From Tubiluchus corallicola (taxonomy: Eukaryota > Animalia > Priapulida): a stretch of 64,000 bases of DNA. How positions within the stretch are numbered: the first letter of the stretch is position 1; each line of letters starts with the position of its first letter. The notes under the pieces were generated by a model that made no database searches, was not told the DNA's origin, and saw only the letters and a program-made list of their open reading frames with translations. Location of the stretch: assembly GCA_030141605.1 (NCBI GenBank), contig JAQGDQ010002372.1:186001-250000 (forward strand), read 5' to 3'. The position numbers and the translations under genes are program-made. Of the stretch, positions 1 to 13,100 are shown piece after piece.

Positions 1-392
1 AATGCATTTCAAAGAAGAAACTACAGAAACATTCTAGGAATAAAATGGCCAGACAAAATATCAAATCAGGATCTGTACAATAAAGTCAAGGCAGAGGAAT
101 GGACAATTAAAGTAAAAAGGAGAAGATTAAGATGGATATGACTTGTTATACGACTACCAGATGACAGTCCATTAAAGTTATCTTTCAAAGAAGCACTGCA
201 GAAAGAAAAGAAACCCGCAAGGAGGACAGCTGCTGACTTATATCAATTTCATCCAAAAAGATCTTATCAGCACCCCATTAGATATCAATCAAAATACAGA
301 GACATGGAAGGTTGCAGGTGACAGGGTAGTATGGAGTAAAGTGAGCGGGAGGGTCATGTCAAACGACGTGTGACTCCAGAGATGATGATGAT
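1..392 (+). mobile_element. 3' end of a degenerate RTE-like LINE (ORF C-terminus plus (GAT)n tail)
   Basis: Frame 1 reads NAFQRRNYRNILGIKWPDKISNQDLYNKVKAEEWTIKVKRRRLRWI*LVIRLP. This matches the RRILxIxWxDxIxN...RRRLRWxGHV pattern of RTE-type ORF C-termini, with an in-frame stop. It ends in gatgatgatgatg at ~379-392. Confidence 0.7.
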
Positions 393-2992
393 GTATCACA
401 ATTCTGTGCCATACTTACAAAATTGAATCGTACCGTACTAGTACGATAAAATATCATACCGTAATTCCCATCAAATTTCGTACCAAGTGCGTGTAGGATC
501 CACTATAAAAAGATAAAGAATGACATAAAAGTTAATTGTGTAAACTATATGTTTTTCAATTATTGTTATGAAATTATGCGCACTATAAAAACAGAATTGC
601 TGTTTGAACTTCCATACTATTTACATGTATTTTAAGTACAAAACTTGCACAAAATCATCCATGGAGTTATAAAATTATTTTGAATTACTTTTTCTTAATA
701 AATAATTTTGTGTAACGGGCGAGTTACGTTCATTTACTAGTTTTTAACGACTGCCTTTCATTAATTGCTCACTAGTGGCAAATTTTTAATGATAATCAAC
801 ATTTAGTGTCTTGCCTAAAACATTTGTAACTATACCATGCAGGCTGCACAATTTAACGTACGTAACGTCGGTATGACTTTAATTTCTTTTCTTGGCTCTA
901 GGTACACAGCCGTAGATCAGCGGTGTTACATTAACATGGTCAAATTTGGTAAGTAACATACCCAGTTTCTATAAGTACAATAATAAAGGTAAGGTAATTT
1001 ACGGGAAAAAACAACTTGCTGCTTTTTCATCCAAAGCGAACCAATCTAGCCGTTTTGTTTGCGTCTGTTCTGTGTCAAGGTGCGTTAACCAGGAGAGAAC
1101 AAGTCCGCACCAAAGAGGCGAAACAAGTCGTCACAAACGTTATAAGAAACTGAGAAAAATGCTACGGAAAAGCTACGATAAAGGTTCGGAAAAATACCAT
1201 AATTTCGTACCGTACTTTTAAGAATTTTTTTGTACCGTACCGTACCGTACTGCCAGCCTTGTCAGTGAAATGAGTGCGTAATGTAAGCTAAAATTAGCAA
1301 ATTGGGAAGCACTGAAATTTTTTTGAAGGCAAAAATATAGTGTTCAGCTGACAGACTACCAAGATCTGCTGATATGTGGTGAGACAGAGACCATTTGCTC
1401 ATTTAGAATCTATTTGCTATTGTCCAGTATTGCACGTTCATGAGAATCTATACTATTTAAGAGCAATTTATAATGGTCACGACACTTGTTTTCCAACTGC
1501 TTTGTCTATTTTCGTTTACAGCAAAACTTTCGCATTAAACTGTTTTTTCACATTTCTCCAACTTGTTTGCTTTGATACTTTCTTGCTCAGGTAACGACAT
1601 TACGGTAAAACTTGTTTAAAACTAGACCTTTGATAGGCTATTGGTCCTTGCCTGGGTTTCCTGTTACGCAGTTTATGTGCACCCATAAATAAAATATGTC
1701 CATTAAAAGACGATGTTTATCAGCACGAAGTCTACTAATTGCTTTAGATGAGAACACATTTGACAATGAGGAATTGCTTTTTCGGGTGCAGTTTTTAAAG
1801 CGCAAACAATGTCATCGGAGAGCCTATTTAGAGCAACGGATGTATGATCACCAACAGTAATAAACATTATTGCAAAAAATAACATCAAGAGGCATATGAA
1901 CTATAGAGAGATAAAAATCGCTTAATCTTTTGCAATCATAAAGGCCACTGGGGTTGCCACTACATCACATAAAACGTCATTACCTACAGAGCAAGCTTCC
2001 ATCAGTTCTGCACCAAAATTTTATTGTACTGGGTCGCATAATAGTGACATTCATATGGAAGATACGCGTTGCACACTAATATGTCCATTAACTTGCCAGC
2101 TATATGAATAAGTGCAAAAATATTGGAATCGTTATCGTAAACGAAATCTCGAGGGGAAAATCTTTTCTCCTGATAAAAGCGAGTGATCGACGTATTGCTA
2201 CTCAAGCATGGTCACCAACTACGCCATTCAAATCTGTCCCCTTTCTGGTTTAGTAATCAAGTTATGAAAATTTTGTTACCACAGCCCTTTATAGATTTTG
2301 AAGCATAACCGACCTTTGATTTTTATCCACTTACGCAGTGTTATCAGCTTTCCCATAAAAATCTGTTTTCCTTCTTGTACTATGTGTATAAGTTCCCAAA
2401 ATTTGGTTACCGAATTTAAAAATTGAAAACTTTTAACCGGAAATGTTTAAAAGCTGACTTGAAAAGTTAGCAAATATTTCGTTTAATTGTGCGTGGAATA
2501 ATTAGCTTATATTAGTTTCCAGCAAAAGTAAAAGGGTTGCAAATTTAAGCGTCTATCTGTTAGTGTTAAAACGCGATATTTTCGCTGTTTTAAATGTTGT
2601 TATAACATAGTGGAAAATTAATTCAATTTATGTGGCATAGCCACACAAAAATACATAATATTTTAATGGTTTCTTTAAAGCCAGTGTAAAATTTAAAAAA
2701 ACGAATGTTTGTCAGTAGTTGAGAATTCAGTCGTGATGGGTTAAACCGAAACTAAAATGTTAAGCCTATCTTACGAGCTTAAACGCATCAGGTTTCTGAG
2801 CTGAAATCGTCTCCTCACGGTTTTCCTGTGTTCGTAACAGATTTCGAAATGGCTATATCATCAGAAATCGTCGAATTAAATCGCCTCTCGCGTGACGAGG
2901 CAATCCAACCTCCAGGACCTTTAACTTCTGTTTAAATATTGCTATTACCTACTCGCTAGAACAAAGTAAATCGTTGTTAGAAGACAGGTGGA

Positions 2993-2998
2993 TATAAA
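2993..2998 (+). promoter_or_regulatory. Candidate TATA box of secreted gene A
   Basis: TATAAA about 105 bp upstream of the ATG at 3099. Confidence 0.45.
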
Positions 2999-3098
2999 CA
3001 TGAAGGTCCCAAGGTTGTGGTGCACAAGTTGCTGGGTTATAGGACTGGAGCGGAAAACAGAAAAATAGCAAGTCAGGGTAAATCGTGATAACTGTAGA

Positions 3099-6000
3099 AT
3101 GATGAGGACAGCAGCTGCTGCGCTTTTGTTTCTGCTACTGAAAGTAAGTATTCCTACCTAAATTTATATTTTGCAAATAAAATCTAAGGATTCGTCTGAT
3201 AAGCGAATTACTTTGCTACAAGACATGCATTGTAAAATGCAAGGATTTTATGTTTATAATTTAAAATAAAATTGATATGTTCTACTGTTTGCTATTTATT
3301 ATATTTTTCTATTATTATTAGAATTTTCACAGCCAGTATGAAGAGAAAACAGTGTAACTTTGCTATTTTCAGTTGTTGCGTTAGTTTTAATGTTACGTAA
3401 GGTTGATATGCTTCTATGCCTACACAATAGCGTAGCTAGATCTTATCGTCCCCGGGTGGCACTTAAAATTTGACACAAGTGAAAATGTTTATGCAAAAAA
3501 ATTTAGATTTGTAATGTTTAGTAGTATTGCCTCGCATATGCGATAATTTATAGAGATAAAATAATAAAGAATTACCAAAAAAAATCAAAAAATTGGTTTA
3601 GGAAGAAATCCCCGTACATTTCAAAACTAAAAGTTACGACAAGCAATGGCTTCTTCACATGGTAACTCAGCAAAGACTGTTATTGAAGACTACTTTGGTG
3701 CGACTTCCAAGACATCGCTGTGTTTACCTAAGAGTTTTAGACATCTTAGCAGTTGAGCAAATGAAAGTTTATTGTTGTCAAAATATTTTAAAGATAAAAT
3801 TGAGATTAGTTTTCGTAAATTATCCGCAAGTATAATTCTACGAAATGAAGATATTTCTGACGGAGATATGCAAAAACTCGCAAACTAGGTTGGCGAGCCA
3901 AGAACTTACTGACTTACAATCATTATTAGATAAATAGAACATATTGTAATGACATCAGTGTTACATCAACCAAGCGCCTTTTTCAGTTGAATGAAATTGA
4001 TCAAAATGCCGCTCTCTGAAAAGTGCTGCCCGGACTTTTTAGCTACGTCATTGTATACCCACGCTTCTCTCGTTCATTTATTTATACAGCTAACATGGAG
4101 TTATCCCACACTAGTAATGCGAGAAATTGCTCGTCCACTTCGAATTCCAAACCAAGACAATTCGGAATACTACCGCGACGTAGAATTAGGAGAAGCAAGG
4201 AACCCTGAAGAAAGTTTGCGAGTTTTTCATCATAATGATTACTACGACATTCCAGGCCAACGCACATATGGTTCCGAAATCAGCAAGGTTGATTATGACA
4301 ATGACAAAGACGAAGTAACATATGATACCGTTGTTAGTAAGGTATTGAATTGAACTGGGTTAAATTAGACTGTATTTGTCTATTCGGCCAATCAGACATT
4401 TATCACTAGCTGCTACAATTATTTGCCATAGATGAAATCAAGATAGAAATATTGTTGCGGAAATTCTTAAAATGAATTTTCTTTCGATATAAAAACCGCG
4501 TATACGTATTGTTTTATAATCTGCATTTGTGTGTTGCAGATAATAATAATAATAATAAGACTCACAATAATAATAATTTGTTATATTTCTTAGCCGCATC
4601 TATTAGTCCTTTAGCATTTTGTTATTAAGTTACAATTTAGTAGTTCAATCTGTTGTTTTTATAATATACTGATATCACAACTATTTTTAAAAAAAGCAAA
4701 ACGTGTTACTTGGAAATTCTCGATTAGTTTGCTAATTTTGGTTTGTGCAAGTCAGAGTCCATTTGCGCACTATCTTGACGTAACGAGAAGAACTCGTCAC
4801 CAAACAGTCTTACTGTGCCCTTACTTTAATTACTTTGGCTTGTGCTGGAATAACATGCATCGTGAGGTAAATTTTTTTTTGATTTTGCACATCTGCGTCA
4901 AAGAATGTTGCTTCTTAAGGATTTTGTCATGGTAATTTCAAGGTACAAGAAAAGACTACAGACAATGGTTCACCAAAAAAAGGGAATATTTATGCAACAA
5001 TTAAAAGATCACTGTGCACAAAAATTGCATGTTTCAGTATTTTTCTATATAAGGGTCATTCACTGGTACCTAAGGCATTCATCCTAAATCTCTAATTCTT
5101 AAACACCTAAAATTACTGTTTCGTAACTAGAGAAACAGTACTTTCTGTAGTGATGATATCACACATGTGCACAGTTACACACCGTATGTTTCTTTTTTTG
5201 TTGTATTATTGCAGTATGTTGGCTAGAGCAACAAATTCTAAATTCTATAATCTAAGTAAATCATATTGGTACGTGTGTGAGTGCTGACGTGAAAGTGCTA
5301 CTACTACTTGGCCGTCACTTGCTACCGTAATTATATAATTCGGTAAATTACACATACTGGGCATATATTCTACATGTAGATATATCATTAATTATGACAG
5401 TGCAGTGTCCCACATTAGCCTTGACTCAGAGGATAATTTTAGATTTTAGAACACAGACAACCGAATATCAATGACAGCTTTTAATTAATAGTAACGGACG
5501 GTAACGTCTCTTTAAATACAATTATCGATATACCTGAATACGATTTCTGTTGTTGTGATTACGTCAAACAGTCCTGTTTGGAACCTCATTGTTTGATGGG
5601 TTTGGCGTAGCAAATTTAAGAGCAAAACAAATCGAAAAATTGTTTGTGTCATTGAAGTGGCAGGCCCTTTATTTAATTATTTCATGCTCTTAATAATGAC
5701 AATAGAATATGATAAATTTATATATTCATTTCGTTTTTCTTATCCAGTTTCGCTCAGATGAGCAAGACGGCGACAGTGTAAAGCATTACAACCGGAAGGT
5801 CGATTTTAGTGATACTAGAAACGATTATTTAGTTACTTTTGAAGAAAGTGGAAAGGAGAGAAAACTGAATAACGACACTACCGGCAAGTAAGTGGCCTGT
5901 CATGCGTGGTGACAGCTTTCTTCTTTGTGCTCTCTATTCTATTGGGTGCTCGCATTCATCTACTGATGTGGCTAGGTTAAAAACTGCTATTCCCTTGCCA

Positions 6001-8790
6001 GATCATATACATATAATGGGTAGTCTCAGGTGACTTTTATCGTTCACTAATTAGTATTTACTAATCAAAAAATGATAAACTTATTGTTGGATCTATGTAC
6101 CAATAAAAGTTTAGATTATCAATACCTGAAAAAACCTGGCCATACGTGATATCAGTATTCCACCGCATTTAGCTAATTTTTATTTAATTGATAAAAATAA
6201 ATTTATTGGCCAAGTTTAACAGGCAAAGTACCTTGTTGCATTGTCACGCTACCAGCACTGTCATATCGTGATCATGTAACTATTGTTTGCAGCTACTTCA
6301 GTCACCTTGAAGCAAACCTTGAAGACGAGACACACGGTGGCGATAGAAGTTACAGTTACACCGTTCCTAAAGAGTACGACGTCAGAGGGGAAGAAGACGA
6401 TCAATTTAGACTGCCAGACAGGGCGCTATTTATCGATAGAGGTGGATTAAATTTCACAATTTATATTTCAATAGGTTCAGAAGTGTGTAATTTTGCACTA
6501 TACCAAGCAGCATGTATGCAGATCATGTTAATACTTGTGGTTTCCTGGGTAAAGGGCAATGTGCATAAACAACTGCTGCTAGAACCGTGTTCTACAATTA
6601 TGACAGTTTGGGCCAGTAATTTGAAGCCAAAGCAATTGTCTTGACTTACACGATTTTGTTTGCCTTGCCTTATATGACATTAGTATGTAAGATAAGGCAA
6701 GGCAAGGCATGGTAAGCTAACGTAAGATTAGGTAAGGTAAGGTAGGGTAAGGTGAGGAAAAGTAAGGTAAAGTAAGAAAGATGAGGTAAGGTAAGGTAAG
6801 GCAAAAGACGAATTCTATAAACATCTACAACGTTCGTTATTGTTGTATTTCTTTTATTGTCTTTATTGCAGAAAAATTTTCTGATAACAAAAATGATGAC
6901 GGCGATAACAACCCCATTTCAGAACAAGACCCGCCAGTTCTTCTGGAACAGTATTACGTCATCATGAAACTAGGAGATGCTCCAGTAGATTATAATGCAA
7001 CGTCAATTGATGTAGAAAACCAAGACTCATTTGACGAACAACAAAGAGGACATGCGGCTGAAAGTTTTGCAGGACACGCAAGAATGATCACAGATGAATT
7101 AAATCTAGAAGACACTTCTCGTGGTATTAGGTATAAATTTATTCCACATGAGGGAGATCCAACGTTTTCATTTATTCCATCGAGTATTGCGAAATTGGCA
7201 AACAAAAACTTCAATCCAGCTATATCTCAAGAAACGTCATCAAGTTTCTTTATACCTATGCGTGAGACTGGACAACCTTTTGAATATATTCAACCACAGG
7301 CTGAAGATGGCGGAACAGATCAGTATAGTAAACTAGATGGAAGCCATTTTTTCAAAACTCTCGGAGTTCCGAGCCCAGACCACTTTCTGGTGCAGCCAAA
7401 TGATGAGAGATTCAGTATCAGAAGTGAGGTGAAACTACCTTTTAGTACAGGGTTCGAAATAATACCAAATTCTAAAGTTGAGAATGTAAATAAGTTCGAA
7501 GTCATTCCAAACGAATCCTCTGCACAAAGCACCTTCCCTGATAATGAGCAGACAGATGAAAACGAAAATAAAGTGAACTTTAGCCCAAGCATAAAAAGTG
7601 AAGAAGATTCTCCACTCAGACCCGGATTTCACTTGTTACTCACTGGTCACATTAATGGCGCTTCTAGCGATACATCAGATGATGCGACCGCAGACAACAT
7701 TGACGATCGCTATTTATCTTTTGAAGGTGAGTTAGCTCACCTCGGTAATGAGGATGATGCAGACACAATTGCTCCCGTTTTCATGTACGTTAGTGCCTAC
7801 CCTTTACACAATGCCAAAGCAGAGATAATAAATGAAGAGCTTACAGAGTATGATGGTGAGCAACCTGATAAGGCTGCCAGAGCTGTTTATGTTGTTATGG
7901 TTCCCATGACTGGAGATACATTACTAAACTACTCTGAACAAGATCATAACGCTAGGTATTCAGAAGGGTTGGAAATAATTCGCCAACCTGCTCTAATTGA
8001 TGACATTCGTGAGACTGGATTTTACAATTTGGACTCTGATGAGAACGCTGCAGTCGTACCTTCTGAGGATCTCTCGAGATCCATTGCGTTTTCTGGCGAT
8101 TCTATAGACGATACAACTGTTGACAATGTTGGTTCTTCTGACTCTCCTCATGGATATTATCTAAGGTAAGACACAGCGCACACACAACAAAATGTCTTCA
8201 AACATCAAAAATCACATTCAAGCAACATTTGAAGCACGCTAGTACAAGCTAGAGATCTGACGATTATAGAAGTGGAAACTTATTTGTACCCGGCTTTACT
8301 TTAGCTAGGAGTTATCAGACACCAACGGCAGCTTTAGGTGGAATGTGCGTTTTTTGTTCACTCAGTCATTATCGCAACAAATATTAGCATTAAAAATACT
8401 CCCTTTCTGTCTGAAAAATAGATATTTAGGGAAACGTTACTGGAGGACTTTAATAAAAGATACCGACAATGATGTGAGTGAAGCAACTCTGAAAAATTTA
8501 TACAAGCAATGTACTTTTTTCTTATTGCTTTTCTTTTCATTAAATACAAGATGAAAAACAAAGCCAGGAAGTCTTTGCTTTCTGATTGTAGCTATGTAGA
8601 CAGGACTTAAGACGAAAGCGTTGTTAAATTTTTTATTCGTTGTTTCAGGGAGGAAAATTATGATGGCTATGTTGATGATGAGAACAATTTCTACTCTTCT
8701 ACTGATGATATACCTAACAATACGCCTGTGGCGCAATTTCAATATAATCGGCAGGGAGTGTTTGTCAGGCTTCCTACTAATGTTGAATAA
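3099..8790 (+). CDS. Secreted gene A: 673-aa acidic, cysteine-free secreted protein with the shared N-terminal domain and a long acidic extension (6 exons)
   Basis: Exons 3099-3143, 4090-4341, 5748-5887, 6293-6441, 6872-8165, 8649-8790. All introns are GT-AG with matching phases (0,0,2,1,2); total 2022 nt, open to TAA. Signal peptide MMRTAAAALLFLLLKLTWS|YP. Contains NDYYDIP and LPDRALFIDR. AATAAA near 8829. Confidence 0.85.
6710..6803. repeat. Degenerate (GTAAG)n microsatellite in intron 4 of gene A
   Basis: ggtaaggtaaggtagggtaaggtgagg... runs. Confidence 0.7.
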
Positions 8791-9341
8791 TATGAACATT
8801 ATTATAAAATTAATTATGAAATTTTAAAAATAAATCATGTTATATATGATTTTGTATCAATTCGCAGACATGTCGAGCTGCACTGCAAAACGAGCTTCTA
8901 GACTGATGTTAGACTGACGAAAAATGTTAAATTACTTTTCACAATAATATTAATTTTTATTGTAACTGACATACGTCTTACATAAACCAAGCAAAAATCA
9001 AGAAATAAATTTGCTTTAAACAATAACCTAAAGAACTCAATGTCCTTCTATTCTATGTTTACCAGTTTGATGACATTGTGTTTTGAACAAATAAACTAAT
9101 ATGCTGACTAAAAACCGTTGTCTTGTTGCAATTCACTTTTTTATATTTTGTCTTTATTATCTGATCTGCTGTCTCTTATCTTTTTGTTATTGTCTTTGCC
9201 AGGACTACCTTGCCTTGCTAACGTCGTCCTTATTATTTTGACTTTTCTATCTAATGATTTTTCTAATTTACGATTTTTTTATTTTCGCTATCATTTTTCT
9301 TTTACTTTTTAGCACTGCAAAAATCTACTTGAGAAATGCAT

Positions 9342-11096
9342 ATCCACTGACAGCCTAATGGAGATCACTTGTTTGTCACTCTTAAGTTTTTTAATTGGAG
9401 GCGTTTGTAGAGGCGTCCCCAAAAGAAACTTTGATCTACCTTACTGGAGGATCTTTAGTCCTTACTGAATAAAGATCAATGGCTCTTGAATAATAAATTT
9501 AATCATGGAGATAACGTATTTGTAATTCTTAAGTTTTTGAATTAGAGCTGTTTGTAAAGGGCGCCCCTAAAAGTACCCCCAAATCAATGTAAATAACATT
9601 TTGAGCTCATCAATGGCTCCTAAATAATGAATTTTGTAAAGGAAATCAGTCATAAGCTTTTTAAATTGGAGAAAGCCATTTGTGGAAGGCACTCCTAAAA
9701 AATTCCACCCCATTAATCAATTTAAATCACATTTTAGCATATCAATGAAACTTTGCGAAAACATTTTTTACTTCTTATGAATAAAGATCAGTGGCTCTTA
9801 AATAACGAATTTGATCATGAAAATCACTCATCAGTTATTCTTAAGTTTTTAAATCAGAGCCGTTTGTAAAGGGCGCCCCTAAAAGTACCCCCCAATTCAA
9901 TGTAAATTACATTTTGAGCTCATCAATGAAACTTTGCAAAAATGTTCTTCACTCCTTACTGAATAAACATCAATGGCGCATAAACAATAAACATTACATA
10001 TATGTATTTATAATTAATTCGTAAGTCTTCAAATTATGCTTTTTTGTAGAGGGCGCCCCTAAAAAGTCTCAATATCAATTTAAATCAGTCTTTCAGAATA
10101 TCTGTCAAATTTTGCAAAAGTTTTCTTTGCACCTTACTGTGTAAAAAGGACATCCAGATGGTCAACTTTTCAATTTATCCAGATTGCGGGCGTTTACAAA
10201 ATTCACAATCAACAGCAATTAGAGAACTGATGGTACTGTCATCGTTGCTAATACACAGAGAGCTTTTCAAAACCTACTCGACTGCTTTTCGCTTTGACAG
10301 CAAAAGAATTTGATATCACTGTTGATTCTAAGCAAACAGTTAACAATGTGTCACTCAGACTCACCTACTCAAAGTATTTTCCAGGTTAATGTAGTAGATA
10401 TACCCATTGTTGATAATTTCTGCTATCTTGACAATACTATAATATCATCTCTATCTGTGGGACTAAGTGCCAGATACGGAAATTCTTGAAAAGTTAAACA
10501 TGGGTGATTTATTCATACAGCTGCACAGGAGGCAACTGGAAAAATCTTGTAGTCTATGAATAATCGTAACTATATATTTAAAAATGTCATCTGTTACGGT
10601 ACATTTAGGTTAAAAAATTTTTATTTACTTTAAGGGCATCAAATTCATTATTAGAACTACTAATCTTTATCCAATAAGGTGTAAAGAACACATTTTCCTA
10701 AAGTTTCATTGATTGCCTCAGAATATGATTTAAATTGATTTTTGGGTATCTTAATTAAGGGCAATACTTAACCTTTAAAAAATGCACCAATTTGAAAATA
10801 AATTATAAATTTAGCCTTCACTGGTTGTCTGAAGTGTCGTATAAATTTATATGGGAGCTATTTTAGGGGCGCCCCTCAAAATGTTATTTAAATGGAATTA
10901 AAGGTACTTTGGGGACGCCGTTTACAGACGGCTCCAATTTCAAAAGCTAAGAGTGACAAATTACGTGATGTCCATGACAAAAAATTATGAAAGAGAGGCT
11001 GATTTTTATTCAGCATGGTGTAAAGAACATTATTGTGAAGTTTACTAATGTTCTGAAAGCGTGATTTCAGCTATCACCAATAGACTATCAATGGAT
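9342..11096. mobile_element. Foldback/MITE-like element with terminal inverted repeats and inverted arrays of subterminal repeats
   Basis: atccactgacagcctaatgg (9342-9361) pairs with the reverse complement of ccaatagactatcaatggat (11077-11096). Repeated gggcgcccctaaaag units at 9.4-10.1 kb are mirrored by ttttaggggcgccc / ctttggggacgcc at 10.86-10.97 kb. Confidence 0.65.
10210..10480 (+). mobile_element. Degenerate RTE-like LINE reverse transcriptase fragment nested in the foldback element
   Basis: Broken frames read TAIREL..VIVANTQRAFQNLLDCF..SKEFDITV..VDNFCYLDNTI, resembling the region around and after YADD in RTE-type RTs. Confidence 0.5.
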
Positions 11097-12599
11097 TCCA
11101 GTACTCAAATGGTTTGTACGCGAGATGTAATATAAACCTGCGTCAGGTCCCGCAGATACGCTTTTCCTTGTGATTATATTGTTTAGTATATGCAGCTGTA
11201 ATCTGCATATTTTTGAAAGTTATCATTACACTTGACGTATTGTTCAGCAGAAGAAAAAGCTTTTCCTCACCGAAAATAAATTTTCGCCCGTGTTTTCTCG
11301 TGCCCGTTTCCTAGCATTTGTTACAATTAAACACGATTGATAACGAGTTCTTGAATTGCTATAAACCTATAAAACTATTCAAGACAAATTTAATGACTTG
11401 CATGTTTCTCTAGCTTCGTTTTTGTAATGCCACCATACAAACTATTTATGGGGTGTCTCAAAGATCACTATGCACTTTGGTTTCTAATCTTCTTTTTAAT
11501 TTTTCTCCAATCTCAGCAAGTCCTTACATGTATCAAAAAGGTCCTTTGACAATTATTTTATTTATCTTTGACAAGAACCGCCGTTGCTGTTTGACGACAG
11601 TAACCTTAGAAAGTAAAGCGCAAAATCTCATCCGCCAAGAGCTCCTTCGATGACCATCTGAAGTTTAGTGGTAATTCAAGTAGCATATGGACCAGTATTT
11701 TTTTCATTATTAGCAATGTAATTTTTCAGCAGCCCTTATTCGCTACTCATGGGGTGGGAGAGGCTTTCTCAATGTAAGGTACCGACACTGGCTCCGTCTC
11801 CGAGGCTCTTTCGACTCATTACAGATTTGATGGATTTAACAATGCAAAATTTTTACAGGGCTACAACAGGCAAAAATAACGCATCTTCGTGAACCCGAAA
11901 CAACAATTAGAAGTCATAGTACAAACATTTGAATGGTAGTACTTGCTGATGTTCGAAACTCATGTGTTAGTCATCGGCAGAAATGCTTTGACGAAAGTAG
12001 CGAAAATGGCAAACGCAATTAGTGTAGTAGTCCGTTTCGGATTCACGTCTAATTCAATTGAAAGAATTGGCAAAAAGTTTATCTGTGCCTATTTTCAAAC
12101 ATTTTTTTGTTGAAAGAATAGAGAAAAGAAAATATAAAGCGTCTGATAACTTCTTCTGAACACCCTGTTTTGTAAATGTATGAAATGTTAATGACCATTA
12201 TCGTACTAGTATTATTATACAATTTCTTGTTAAGCATTTGTTGCAAATTGTTAAACTAAGATTGAATAATGCGTTTATAAAGTCCTACCATTTTTCGCAC
12301 CCACTGCTGGTACCGTCCGAGATTCTACAAGCCGAATCCAACACTAGGATAAGGCCTTTAAAGAATTTCTGAAAAGTCATGCTTATTTAAATGTTCATTT
12401 TAATTTCCAAAATGCCATAATTATGAATGTTACAGTAAAACTCATATGCTATTACTGCAAAAAAGAGAACTATTTAGTGTTTTGTGGACGTCAAATATTA
12501 TAATCCCAACGTCATATAAACATTCAAGAAATTGAGTTGTAGGAGATCGTTTTGATAAAAGCCATGTTGCTCTTTTAACAATAAATCTTTTGTTTTTTT

Positions 12600-13100
12600 A
12601 AAGGTGTAGCGCACTATCAACAATATACATGTCCATTAATTTACGGCTTATACACGTGAGTGATACTTGCCTGTATTATACTGGCCAATCTCCCTTTGTG
12701 TAAATAGGTATATCTTCAGCCAGTTTCCAAACATCAAGTATTACGCCATCTATAAATGACTTTTGAAATATAAGTAACAATGGAACACATACATTATTCG
12801 CCATGTTTTTTAATGCCACCGGTATGCCGTCCGGATTCAGTTTTTTCTTTACATCAGTTCACTGGTTTCAGTTCACTTATCATTTTTAATTGCAGCTGAC
12901 AAGAAATCAACAACTGTCAACTATGCATGCACCGGCACCTTACTTTCCACAATAGCACTCCTTTATCCTTAACAAAATGGGATTCAAAGCATTTGTCAAA
13001 AGATTGGGTTTAGGCTTAGCTTTAGCCATCTGTAATAACAGAGCCGTATCGTCTTCTAAAGGGGATACCCATTAGCACGACATCGTTTCTTTCGAACATA
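12600..13100 (-). mobile_element. Degenerate LINE (CR1/L2-like) RT N-terminal fragment
   Basis: Minus strand reads PDGIPVALKNMANNVCVPLLLIFQKSFIDGVILDVWKLAEDIPIYTKGD..YRQVSLTCISRKLMD. This is the GPDGI...WK.A...PI.K.G...YRPISLT signature of non-LTR RTs. Confidence 0.7.

Noticed and set aside
425-1261. taccgtac repeats and a tgccagccttg end as a transposon
   Set aside because: Only one plausible terminus is visible and the repeats are in direct orientation; cannot be delimited within the window.
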